NCBI GenBank assembly: GCA_015163875.1 | Contig: JAAOIH010000003.1 | Location: 10,347-74,346, forward strand | Length of the DNA: 64,000 nt | Direction of reading: 5' to 3' | From: Bdellovibrionales bacterium | GTDB lineage: Bacteria; Bdellovibrionota; Bdellovibrionia; Bdellovibrionales; UBA1609 | Part shown: one piece after another, positions 9,313 to 18,419 of the stretch | Position numbering within the stretch: the first letter of the stretch is position 1 | Layout: each line of letters begins with the position of its first letter | The notes under the pieces: model-generated | Databases searched by the model: none | Seen by the model: the letters and a program-made list of their open reading frames with translations, nothing else | Told to the model about the DNA's origin: nothing | Made by a program: the position numbers and the translations under genes

Positions 9313-11253
9313 ATGTCTAAAATTTCTATTATTTTGCCAGACAGCTCTACTAAAGATTTTCAAAAATCTCCAAGTGTTTTAGAACTTGCAGAAAGTATTG
9401 GGTCAAGATTAGCTAAAGATACAATTGGTGCTAAAATTAATTCTAATAACGAAGTTCAAGATTTAAGAACTTTATTATCTGACCAAGATAAAGTAGAAAT
9501 TATTACCAAACAATCAAAAGAAAGTTTAGATATTTTTAGACACTCAGCTGCTCATGTTTTAGCTCAAGCTGTGCAATCTATTTGGCCAGAAATTAAAGTC
9601 ACTATCGGACCTGTTATTGAATCTGGATTTTATTATGATTTTGATTCATCTTATGTTTTTGTAGAAGAAGATCTTATAAAAATTGAAAAAAAAATGAAGG
9701 AGCTTATTAAATCAAAATTGCCAGTTACTAAAGAAGTTTGGGCTATTGATAAAGCAATTGATTATTTTAAAAATAAAAAAGAATTATTTAAAGTAGAAAT
9801 TATTAAAGACTTAAAACAAGAAGGCTTAAGCGAAGTTAGTATTTACAAACAAGGTGACTGGCTTGATTTATGTAAAGGCCCGCATGTTCAAAACTTAGGG
9901 CAGATTTCTAGTATAAAATTATTAAGTGTTGCTGGTGCTTATTGGAAGGGCGACGAAAAAAATAAACAACTACAACGAATTTATGGAACAGCATTTAGGT
10001 CAGAAAAAGATTTACAAGAACATTTACATTTATTAGAAGAAGCTAAAAAAAGAGATCACAGAATATTAGGAAAAAAATTAGATCTATTCTTTTTTCATAA
10101 ATATTCACCAGGAGCTCCTTTTTTTACTGCAAAAGGTTCTGTAATTTATAACGAGCTAACTTCTTACTTAAAAGAACTTTATATTAAATATAATTACGAA
10201 GAAGTAATTAGTCCTCAAATTTTTGATGTAGATTTATATCATAAATCTGGACACTACGAAAATTATAGAGAAAATATGTATTTTACAGAAATAGACAAAC
10301 GACAATTTTCTGTAAAACCTATGAACTGCCCTGGGCATTGCTTAATTTATTCTCAAAAAAAACATTCTTATAGAGACCTCCCATGGAGAATTGCAGATTT
10401 TGGAAGACTTCATCGTTACGAAAGAAGCGGAACTATGCATGGGTTGTCTAGAGTAAGAAGTTTTTGCCAAGATGATGCTCATATTTTTTGTAGGCTTGAT
10501 CAGCTGCAATCAGAGATTAAATCTTTTATGAATTTTTTAAAAGAAGTTTATAAAAGTTTAGGAATGAATGAATACAAAATTTATTTATCAACTCGTCCCG
10601 AAAAAAGAATGGGAAGTGATGATGTGTGGGATAAATCAGAGGATGCTTTAAAAAAAGCTTTAGATACTTTAAAATTACCTTACACAATTAGCAAAGGCGA
10701 CGGAGCTTTTTACGGACCTAAATTAGATATTGTATTTATTGATTCTATGAAAAGGCCTTGGCAATTAGGCACTTTGCAGTGTGATTTTAATATGCCAGAA
10801 GCTTTTAAATTGTCTTATGTTGGGGAGGATAATGAAAATCACCAGCCAATTATGCTTCATAGAGCAATTTTAGGTTCTTTTGAAAGATTTTTAGCAACTT
10901 ATTTAGAGCATACAGCAGGAAGACTGTCTTTTTGGATGAGTCCAGTACAGATTGCTATTTGTAATTTAACAGATAAAAATAAAGCTTATTCAGAAAATAT
11001 TAATATAGAATTAAAAAAAGATTTTAGAACATTCTTAGACATTAGAAATGAAAAATTAGGATTTAAAATTAGAGAAGCACAAATTAAACAAATTCCTTAT
11101 ATGATAATTGTTGGAGACAAAGAAGAGTCTGATAAAAAAGTATCTTTGCGTTTAAGAACAGGTGAAAATATTAATAATTTAACTTTAAAAGAAGTTATAG
11201 AAAAATTAAGAAAAGAAAAACAAACTAGAATTATGGAATCTATTTTTATATAA
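9313..11253 (+). CDS. thrS: threonyl-tRNA synthetase
   Basis: Full-length class II ThrRS: TGS domain, editing-domain HxxxH, catalytic core (RVRSFCQDDAHIF, HRAILGSFERF) and anticodon-binding domain. Starts 3 nt after the actF stop. Confidence 0.95.
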   Translation: MSKISIILPDSSTKDFQKSPSVLELAESIGSRLAKDTIGAKINSNNEVQDLRTLLSDQDKVEIITKQSKESLDIFRHSAAHVLAQAVQSIWPEIKVTIGPVIESGFYYDFDSSYVFVEEDLIKIEKKMKELIKSKLPVTKEVWAIDKAIDYFKNKKELFKVEIIKDLKQEGLSEVSIYKQGDWLDLCKGPHVQNLGQISSIKLLSVAGAYWKGDEKNKQLQRIYGTAFRSEKDLQEHLHLLEEAKKRDHRILGKKLDLFFFHKYSPGAPFFTAKGSVIYNELTSYLKELYIKYNYEEVISPQIFDVDLYHKSGHYENYRENMYFTEIDKRQFSVKPMNCPGHCLIYSQKKHSYRDLPWRIADFGRLHRYERSGTMHGLSRVRSFCQDDAHIFCRLDQLQSEIKSFMNFLKEVYKSLGMNEYKIYLSTRPEKRMGSDDVWDKSEDALKKALDTLKLPYTISKGDGAFYGPKLDIVFIDSMKRPWQLGTLQCDFNMPEAFKLSYVGEDNENHQPIMLHRAILGSFERFLATYLEHTAGRLSFWMSPVQIAICNLTDKNKAYSENINIELKKDFRTFLDIRNEKLGFKIREAQIKQIPYMIIVGDKEESDKKVSLRLRTGENINNLTLKEVIEKLRKEKQTRIMESIFI

Positions 11254-11279
11254 TCATAATTTGCAAAAGGGGAGGCCAT

Positions 11280-11975
11280 TTGGCTCAAGCTAAGTTTCAG
11301 AGAAAAAAGAAAGCTATCTTTCAAAGAGTTAACGGAAGAATTCGTGTTCCAGAGGTCAGAGTTATTGATCACACAGGTGCTATGTTAGGGGTTATTTCAA
11401 CTCGTGATGCTTTAGCTAAAGCTCGTGAAGAGGGTTTAGATTTAGTAGAAGTTGCAGCAGAGGCAAAGCCACCAACTTGTAAAATAATGGATTATGGTCA
11501 ATGGAAATATGATTCTAAAAAACAGGCTAAAGAAAATAAAAAAAGACAAAAAACAGTTTCGTTAAGAGAAATTCAAGTAAGGCCAAGGACTGGAGAAAAC
11601 GATCTTAATATTAAATTAGCTAAAGCTCGTGAATTTTTAGAAGAAGGTGACAAAGTTAAAATTAATTTACGATTTATGGGTCGAGAAATGGCACATAAAG
11701 ATTTAGGCTTAAAGTTAATTGAAAAAATGATTAAATCTTTAGAAGATATTGCTATTATCGAAACACCTCCAAAACAAGAAGGCAGACATATGTTTGCAAT
11801 TGTTGTAGAGGATCCTAAAATTTCTAAAGCAAAAGCTTTAAAATTAAAAGAGGCTGCAAAAGCTGCAAAAGCTGCAGAAAGAAAAGCTCAAAAAGAATTT
11901 GAAGATTCTGAAAAGACTGACAGCAAACCAAAAGAATCTGACATCAAACCAAAAGAATCTGACATCAAGCCATAA
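11280..11975 (+). CDS. infC: translation initiation factor IF-3 with Lys/Ala-rich C-terminal extension
   Basis: IF-3 N- and C-domain sequence (INGRIRVPEVRVID, REIQVRP...NLRFMGRE). TTG start 4 nt after GGGGAGG (11269-11275). ~50 extra C-terminal residues end in a 2 x 21-bp repeat (KPKESDI) at 11925-11966. Confidence 0.9.
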   Translation: MAQAKFQRKKKAIFQRVNGRIRVPEVRVIDHTGAMLGVISTRDALAKAREEGLDLVEVAAEAKPPTCKIMDYGQWKYDSKKQAKENKKRQKTVSLREIQVRPRTGENDLNIKLAKAREFLEEGDKVKINLRFMGREMAHKDLGLKLIEKMIKSLEDIAIIETPPKQEGRHMFAIVVEDPKISKAKALKLKEAAKAAKAAERKAQKEFEDSEKTDSKPKESDIKPKESDIKP

Positions 11976-12018
11976 GAAAAAAAAGATTTATAATAAAAAA
12001 TTAATTTAACAAAAATTT

Positions 12019-13497
12019 TTATTTTTGATTTAACCAGTAAGCCTTTAAATCTTTTTTTACAATAGGTGCTAACATATACAGCCCAATAATATTTGGTATG
12101 CAAATTAAAAACACAAGTGCATCAGATATATTTAATATAGGCGTTAATTTTACCATGCAGCCTAACATAACAAAAACACAAAAAATTAATTTGTAAATAA
12201 GCTCTTTGTCTTGGCCAAATAAATAAGTCCATGCTTTTAACCCGTAATAAGACCAAGATATCATGGTTGAAAAAGCAAAAAGTAAACCAGCTAAAGCAAT
12301 TAAATATGGAAACCAAGAAATTTGACTTTCAAAAGCAGCAGAAGTCATTGCAATACCCGTAGCCTCTCCTGCAAAGCCTGGAACAGCTACAGAAATTACA
12401 GAAATAACTAAAGCAGTAAGGCTACAAATAATAATTGTATCAATAAAAGGTCCTAAGATTGCAACAATCCCCTCTGTAATAGGTTGATTAGTTTTTACTG
12501 CAGCATGTGCAATTGAAGCAGAACCAATTCCTGCTTCATTAGAAAACACTGCTCTTTGAAAACCAACAATCATTGCACCAAGCATACCTCCCGTTAATCC
12601 TTTTGAAGAAAATGCTCCGTTAAAAATATTTAAAATAGCCGTTGGTAAAAATTCTATATTCATAAAAATAACAACAAGCGCAGAGATACAATATAACAAA
12701 GCCATAAATGGAACCATTTTTTCTGTAACTCTAGCAATTGATTTAATGCCTCCAACAATAACTATAAAAACCATAAAGGCAAAAATAAAACCAATTAGCC
12801 AGCCGTAGTTATTTAACAAGCCTCCTGTTATATAATTTAATTGAACAAAAGCTTGGTTTGATTGAAACATATTTCCAATACCTAAAGCTCCTAAGACAAG
12901 GCCTATTGCGAAAAATATACCTAAAAAACGACCAAGTTTAGGAAAGTTTAGTTCTGCTAATCCATGAGTTAAATAATACATAGGACCTCCCGAAAACGAA
13001 GAGTCTTTGTTATGCTTTCTGTATTTAACACCAAGTGTGCATTCTACAAATTTTGTAGACATGCCTAAAAAACCTGCAACAACCATCCAAAAAGTTGCAC
13101 CTACCCCTCCAACACTAATAGCAACAGCAACACCTGCAATATTACCTATTCCTACAGTTCCAGAGATAGCTGTCATTAATGCTTGAAAGTGTGAAATTTC
13201 TCCCTTAGATGATGGCTTGTCATGCTTACCAGAAATTAATTCAATGGCATGTTTAAAACCTTTAATGTTAATAAAATTCATATAAAAAGTAAAAATTACT
13301 GCGCTGATAATTAATAACAAAACAATAACTGGTAACTGCGCGCCAAATAAAGATATTTTAAAAAATACAAATTTACTAAAAGTTTCAGCAATCGGGGAGG
13401 TTAGTTTATTAATTTCAGAGTCAATTCCTGCATAGCTATTAAAACTTGTTAAATAAATAAAAATAAAAATAAAAATAGATTTTATTTTATGTAACAT
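12019..13497 (-). CDS. alanine/glycine:cation symporter (AGCS family)
   Basis: Polytopic membrane protein with the AGCS signature GTVGIGNIAGVAVAISVGGVGATFWM. Confidence 0.9.
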   Translation of the reverse strand: MLHKIKSIFIFIFIYLTSFNSYAGIDSEINKLTSPIAETFSKFVFFKISLFGAQLPVIVLLLIISAVIFTFYMNFINIKGFKHAIELISGKHDKPSSKGEISHFQALMTAISGTVGIGNIAGVAVAISVGGVGATFWMVVAGFLGMSTKFVECTLGVKYRKHNKDSSFSGGPMYYLTHGLAELNFPKLGRFLGIFFAIGLVLGALGIGNMFQSNQAFVQLNYITGGLLNNYGWLIGFIFAFMVFIVIVGGIKSIARVTEKMVPFMALLYCISALVVIFMNIEFLPTAILNIFNGAFSSKGLTGGMLGAMIVGFQRAVFSNEAGIGSASIAHAAVKTNQPITEGIVAILGPFIDTIIICSLTALVISVISVAVPGFAGEATGIAMTSAAFESQISWFPYLIALAGLLFAFSTMISWSYYGLKAWTYLFGQDKELIYKLIFCVFVMLGCMVKLTPILNISDALVFLICIPNIIGLYMLAPIVKKDLKAYWLNQK

Positions 13498-13628
13498 ATT
13501 TTCCCCTTATAGATGTTTAGACTAGACATCTATATGTTTGTATTTAGGAATTTAAATGTCAAGTTTTTGGTAATTTATGGTCTATGGAACAACAAGTGCA
13601 TTATTAAAAATAAAAATAGGAGATTTAA

Positions 13629-15281
13629 ATGAAAATATTTATAATAAGTTGTTTTTTAGTGCTGTTAGTGTCTAATTTTGCCTTAGCTGCTAGCTCTCAG
13701 TGCCATATATTATTTCTTGATAATAAAATAGACACATCTGTGTCTCAAAACAATACGGTACATGTAGAAAAAGAAAGCTTTTATAATAATTTTTTAAAGC
13801 CAATTAAAATTTTGCAAGATAAATTTTTATCAACAAAAGAAAACAAAAAATTAAATTATTTATTAGAATCTCCTAAAGTTTTAAATTTAGAATTTCCGTT
13901 AACCTTAGACAACGGAAAAACAGAAATCATTAAAGCATGGAGAGTGCAATATCCAAGTTCACAAGGGCCAGGAAAGGGCGGAATCAGGTTTCATGAATCT
14001 GTAAACTATATGGAAGTTAGGGCATTAGCATTAGGAATGCGTCTTAAAAATAAAGTTATTGGCCTTCCATTTGGAGGAGCAAAAGGTGGTATCAAAATAA
14101 ATCCTAAAAAATATTCCGAAAATGAATTAGAGCAAATTAGCAGACTTTTTATTAGCACTTTTTTAAATAAATATCCTAAAAATATTGGATCACTAAATGA
14201 TGTTCCAGCACCAGATGTTGGCACTAGTCCTAAAATAATGAAAGTAATGTTAGATGAATACTTAAGATGGTCTTTAAAAAATAAACCAGAAATTTTAGAT
14301 ATAAAAAATATTGATTCTCAATATGTTCAAAAAAATGATGTATCAATACTTCCTATATTTAACAAAGTTTTGACAGAATACAGTAATAAAAAAATTTTTG
14401 AGACACCTCTATTAGATTCTTATATTAAATTTACAAAAAAACATCCAGAGCATAAAGCTTTGCTTGCAGGATTTATTACAGGAAAGTCAGTTTCTGATTT
14501 TGGATTAAAAGGAAGAGACGAAGCAACAGGATACGGGGTTGCCGTAGTTGCAGAAAAAGTAGCTAAAGCTTATAATTTAGGTAGCAATCAGCAAAAACCA
14601 TTAACTGGATTAAGCTTTTCTGTTCAAGGTTTTGGTAATGTAGGGTCTCACGCTGCTTTAGGTTTTTACAAAAGAGGTGGAAAAGTAGTTAGTATTTTTG
14701 AATTTTCTCCTAGAGCCGATGGTAAAAACTTTCTTATTTTAGAAAATAGAAATGGAATTAATATTAAAAAACTTTTTAAATGGGTAGTAGAAGATAAAAA
14801 AAGTATTGCTGAATTTACAGAAGAAGCTTTAACAAAAAGTGTTTTTACTTATCAAGAAATAGCTTTAAGTAAATTTTTATTTAAAAAAGTAGACTTTTTA
14901 GTTCCAGCAGCATTAGAAAAACAAATTACAGAAAAAAATGCACATATTGTAGGAGCAAAAGTAGTTTTAGAGGCTGCAAACGGACCAATTACTGCAAATG
15001 CAGATATTATATTAAATAAAAGAAACATTTTAACAGTACCAGATATTTTAACTAATTCTGGAGGGGTTGCAGCTAGTTATTTAGAATGGGTTCAAAATTT
15101 AACTAAAACTCCAAGTGAGTACTTAAGTAAAAAATATGTTCGCAAGCATTTAGAAAAAGATTTAGGAGCAGCTTTTCGCAGCTTAGTTGAAACATCTAAA
15201 AAATTTAATATCCCCTTAAGAGAGGCAGGATTACTTAGCGCTTTAAAAAAATGGATTAAAGAACCTGTTTCTTCTAGATAA
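13629..15281 (+). CDS. Glu/Leu/Phe/Val-family (glutamate) dehydrogenase with N-terminal Sec signal peptide and internal insertion
   Basis: Catalytic motifs GPGKGGIRFH and GLPFGGAKGGI, Rossmann motif VQGFGNVGSH. N-terminus MKIFIISCFLVLLVSNFALA-AS. Strong SD AGGAG 6 nt upstream of the ATG. Confidence 0.85.
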   Translation: MKIFIISCFLVLLVSNFALAASSQCHILFLDNKIDTSVSQNNTVHVEKESFYNNFLKPIKILQDKFLSTKENKKLNYLLESPKVLNLEFPLTLDNGKTEIIKAWRVQYPSSQGPGKGGIRFHESVNYMEVRALALGMRLKNKVIGLPFGGAKGGIKINPKKYSENELEQISRLFISTFLNKYPKNIGSLNDVPAPDVGTSPKIMKVMLDEYLRWSLKNKPEILDIKNIDSQYVQKNDVSILPIFNKVLTEYSNKKIFETPLLDSYIKFTKKHPEHKALLAGFITGKSVSDFGLKGRDEATGYGVAVVAEKVAKAYNLGSNQQKPLTGLSFSVQGFGNVGSHAALGFYKRGGKVVSIFEFSPRADGKNFLILENRNGINIKKLFKWVVEDKKSIAEFTEEALTKSVFTYQEIALSKFLFKKVDFLVPAALEKQITEKNAHIVGAKVVLEAANGPITANADIILNKRNILTVPDILTNSGGVAASYLEWVQNLTKTPSEYLSKKYVRKHLEKDLGAAFRSLVETSKKFNIPLREAGLLSALKKWIKEPVSSR

Positions 15282-15300
15282 ACAAACTAGCTACTTTAAT

Positions 15301-15633
15301 TTGATTACTATTAGTGCCAATGGATATCCTGCAAGGTTTGATAAAGGGCATTGCTACGAAAATTATATTACACTTAATAGTATAAATATAGATGTACCTA
15401 GCTTACGAAGAAAATATTCGCTTTCAATTTCCCAAGTTCCACCATCAGTAGGTAATGAGTTACTTGCAGGGTATCGAGATGGTTCTACTTTTTATCCAAA
15501 AGAAAAATATAATGGATTTATGATTATTATAGCTAAGTGCATGACAAAATCTGAGGCTATTTTAGACGCCATTGATATGAAAGCTTTTGGATTTGATGCT
15601 GCAGTGGTGGAGTTACCATATACCCTACAATAA
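15301..15633 (+). CDS. hypothetical protein (weak call, TTG start)
   Basis: A 110-codon open frame in AT-rich DNA, with no recognisable motif and no clear RBS. Confidence 0.3.
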   Translation: MITISANGYPARFDKGHCYENYITLNSINIDVPSLRRKYSLSISQVPPSVGNELLAGYRDGSTFYPKEKYNGFMIIIAKCMTKSEAILDAIDMKAFGFDAAVVELPYTLQ

Positions 15634-15659
15634 TTGACACAAGACTAGAAATAACTAAC

Positions 15660-15764
<105 letters not shown>

Positions 15765-15801
15765 TCCGTATACTTTATATAAATTTAACACAAGGACTAT
15801 T

Positions 15802-16608
15802 ATGTATAATTTCTTAACTATAGCTTTTCTCTTTTTTTTAACTATTATAATTGTAAGTCCCTCCGGTTTTGCCAAAATGAATTATAAGGAGATTGCTAAA
15901 ATAACAACACAAATTAATCAAGCTCAAGAAGCAAAAAACTATAATAAGGTTAAAATATTAGCAGCAAAGCTTAACAGCGAATTAGGTTACTATACAAACA
16001 GCATCGGAGGAGGTTACTACTATAAAGACATCGGAGGAGGTCAATACTACTATAAAGGCGGCGACGGAATAAGCGGCGGCATCGGCGTCTTGCCAATAAA
16101 AAAGTCTATTTGCTTAGAGAGTTTAAAGCAACATTCTATTCCTAATGAATTTGGCGGTGCAGTTAATGGAAGAAATTTAATTATGGATCCAAACTATACT
16201 TTAAGTTATAGATATAATGATAAAACAAAAAAATATTCTCCAGTATTAACAAAAATTACTAATGACAGTGTTACAGTGGTAAGTCCAAATGGCACCGCTA
16301 TAACATCTGGAAGAAGTTGCACAGGTGATAAGTCTGAAACAAGTAATCAATTATTGTCTAAATGGATTCAGCAATCAGGGGAAAAAGTTGAGAAAAATCG
16401 TAAATTTGGGAGAAGCCTTAAATCAGCAAAAGAGAAAAAATCCTTCTTTAAAAGTATTGCCCACTCTGAAAAGCAGAGAAAAAAAATATTGAAAATTTGT
16501 TCTTCCTCTAAAATAGGAGTTATTTCTATAGCTGCTAAAAAAGCTTTAAAAAACTCTATTGATTCCGGAGGTTGGCATAGAGCAAGTAAACATAAAGGGA
16601 CAAAGTAA
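15802..16608 (+). CDS. secreted hypothetical protein with Gly/Tyr-rich repeat
   Basis: Signal peptide MYNFLTIAFLFFLTIIIVSPSGFA. Repeat GGGYYYKDIGGGQYYYKGGDGISGGIG. Basic C-terminal tail. Confidence 0.6.
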   Translation: MYNFLTIAFLFFLTIIIVSPSGFAKMNYKEIAKITTQINQAQEAKNYNKVKILAAKLNSELGYYTNSIGGGYYYKDIGGGQYYYKGGDGISGGIGVLPIKKSICLESLKQHSIPNEFGGAVNGRNLIMDPNYTLSYRYNDKTKKYSPVLTKITNDSVTVVSPNGTAITSGRSCTGDKSETSNQLLSKWIQQSGEKVEKNRKFGRSLKSAKEKKSFFKSIAHSEKQRKKILKICSSSKIGVISIAAKKALKNSIDSGGWHRASKHKGTK

Positions 16609-16748
16609 CTTAGAGACTAGTCACACAAAATTCTATTTACTCTTGCCCTCCTATTGTGGCTATGTTAGCTTAGCATCAGATAAAAACTTGAGTCTGAGCA
16701 ATAACAAAGATTTAGCTAAAAAGCTAAACGCCATTCCAAGGAGGCAAT

Positions 16749-16949
16749 TTGAAGTTAAAGATGAAAACCCATCGTGGTGCTGCCAAACGCTTTCGCGTTA
16801 AACCTGGCGGAAAAATCAAAAGAAAAAAACAAGGTCTTAGGCATTTACTAGAGCATAAGTCTGCTCCCAGAAAAAGAGCTTTGGGACAAGGCACTTATGT
16901 TGATGATGCCAATTTAAAAGCAGTTCAAAGACAATTACTAGTTAAATAA
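16749..16949 (+). CDS. rpmI: 50S ribosomal protein L35
   Basis: [12 protein letters not shown] signature. TTG start 4 nt after AAGGAGG (16738-16744). Confidence 0.9.
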   Translation: MKLKMKTHRGAAKRFRVKPGGKIKRKKQGLRHLLEHKSAPRKRALGQGTYVDDANLKAVQRQLLVK

Positions 16950-16959
16950 GAGGTTTATA

Positions 16960-17304
16960 ATGAGAGTTAAAAGAGGTTTTGTAGCCCGTCGTAGGCGTAA
17001 TAAAGTTTTAGACAGAGCAAAAGGTTATCGTGGATCTAATAGTAGTTGTTATATTACTGCTATAGAAAAAAATGATAAAGCTATGCAGTATGCTTATCGA
17101 GACAGAAAAGTAAGAAAGCGCGATTTTAGAGCACTTTGGATTCAAAGAATTAACGCCGCTGCTAGATTAAATGGAACAACTTATTCTCAACTAATTAATG
17201 GTTTAAAAAATGCAGGAATTGACATGAATCGCAAAATGCTTGCCGAAGTTGCTGTTGCAGATTCTGGTGCATTTTCTGCTTTAGTTAAACAAGCACAGTC
17301 GTAA
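16960..17304 (+). CDS. rplT: 50S ribosomal protein L20
   Basis: [17 protein letters not shown]...[22 protein letters not shown] is canonical L20. Confidence 0.95.
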   Translation: MRVKRGFVARRRRNKVLDRAKGYRGSNSSCYITAIEKNDKAMQYAYRDRKVRKRDFRALWIQRINAAARLNGTTYSQLINGLKNAGIDMNRKMLAEVAVADSGAFSALVKQAQS

Positions 17305-17347
17305 TATTTTTATAAAAGAGAATATAATTTAATAAATTTAAACCTTA

Positions 17348-18403
17348 ATGGACATCAATCAGTTTCAAAATAGAAAGCAAGATCACATTCGACTAGCTTT
17401 AGACGAAGCTAATCAAGCTAGTGTAGAATTTAATCAATGGAGTAAAGTAAACTTACTTCACGAAGCATTAGTTGATTTAAATTTTTCAGAAGTTAGTTTG
17501 TCTTCTACAATTTTAAATCAAAAAGAAAAAACTCCTTTTTTTATTAGCTCCATGACAGCAGGCCATGACTCTTCGGCTAAAATTAATTTATCATTAGCTA
17601 AAGCTTGTGTTAAAAAATCTTGGTTTATGGGAGTGGGATCACAAAGAAAAGAATTATCAGATAATAGTTTAGCTAAAAAATCTTTTAAAGAGTGGGAGCT
17701 AATCAGAGCACAAGTACCAGATATTAAATTATTAGCCAATATTGGAGTTAGCCAATTAATTTCACATCCAATAGAAAAAATAAAATCCCTAGTCACCTCC
17801 ACAAATGCCAAAGCTTTAATTATTCACTTAAATAGTTTGCAAGAAGTTTTACAAATTGAGGGAACTCCAGAATTTAAAAACTCAACTAAAGCTATAGAAA
17901 ACTTATGTAAGTCTTTAAAAGTACCAGTTATTATTAAAGAAACAGGATGTGGATTTTCAAAAAAAACTTTATTAAATCTTTACAACCTAGGCGTTTCAGT
18001 AATTGATGTGGCTGGCCTTGGAGGTACTCACTGGGGATTAATAGAAGGCGCAAGAGCTAAGCAGGGAAGTTTGCAAAATCAAGCCTCTCAAACTTTTGGA
18101 TCTTGGGGGATTAGCACTGTGCAAAGTTTAATATGGGCTTCAGAAATTAAAAAAAATAAAAAATCTTTTGAGTATTGGGCATCAGGCGGAATTAAAAATG
18201 GATTAGATGCAGCCAAAGCTTTAGCACTAGGGGCAACAGCAGTTGGAGTTGCTCAGCCAATTTTAAAAGCTTTACAAATTAGCGAAGAACAACTGCTAGT
18301 TAAGATGAATTTGCTAGAATATGAATTAAAAATAGCTTTATTTTGCTCTGGTTGTAAAAATATTATAGAATTAAAAGATAAACTTTTATTAAAATCTATT
18401 TAA
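17348..18403 (+). CDS. fni: isopentenyl-diphosphate delta-isomerase, type 2 (FMN-dependent)
   Basis: RKQDHIRLAL, SSMTAG, GVGSQR, ETGCGFS, VAGLGGTHW and ASGGIKNGLDAAKALALGA motifs. Confidence 0.9.
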   Translation: MDINQFQNRKQDHIRLALDEANQASVEFNQWSKVNLLHEALVDLNFSEVSLSSTILNQKEKTPFFISSMTAGHDSSAKINLSLAKACVKKSWFMGVGSQRKELSDNSLAKKSFKEWELIRAQVPDIKLLANIGVSQLISHPIEKIKSLVTSTNAKALIIHLNSLQEVLQIEGTPEFKNSTKAIENLCKSLKVPVIIKETGCGFSKKTLLNLYNLGVSVIDVAGLGGTHWGLIEGARAKQGSLQNQASQTFGSWGISTVQSLIWASEIKKNKKSFEYWASGGIKNGLDAAKALALGATAVGVAQPILKALQISEEQLLVKMNLLEYELKIALFCSGCKNIIELKDKLLLKSI

Positions 18404-18419
18404 GCAAAGGAATAATAAA

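Noticed and set aside
13518-13527. Shared TAGACTAGAC motif upstream of two minus-strand genes (13518-13527 and 62311-62320)
   Set aside because: A single 10-mer shared by two sites is expected many times by chance in 64 kb of AT-rich sequence. The positions relative to the starts differ, so there is no support for a common regulatory element.
13498-13628. Glycine riboswitch upstream of the AGCS symporter
   Set aside because: The leader is only ~130 nt, is shared with the divergent GDH gene, and lacks the conserved GC-rich glycine-aptamer cores that I can recall.
16559-16801. 80-aa plus-strand ORF spanning the rpmI leader
   Set aside because: It overlaps the 3' end of the 15802-16608 gene and the 5' end of rpmI in other frames. 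It has no RBS and no recognisable product, and the region is better explained as the rpmI leader.
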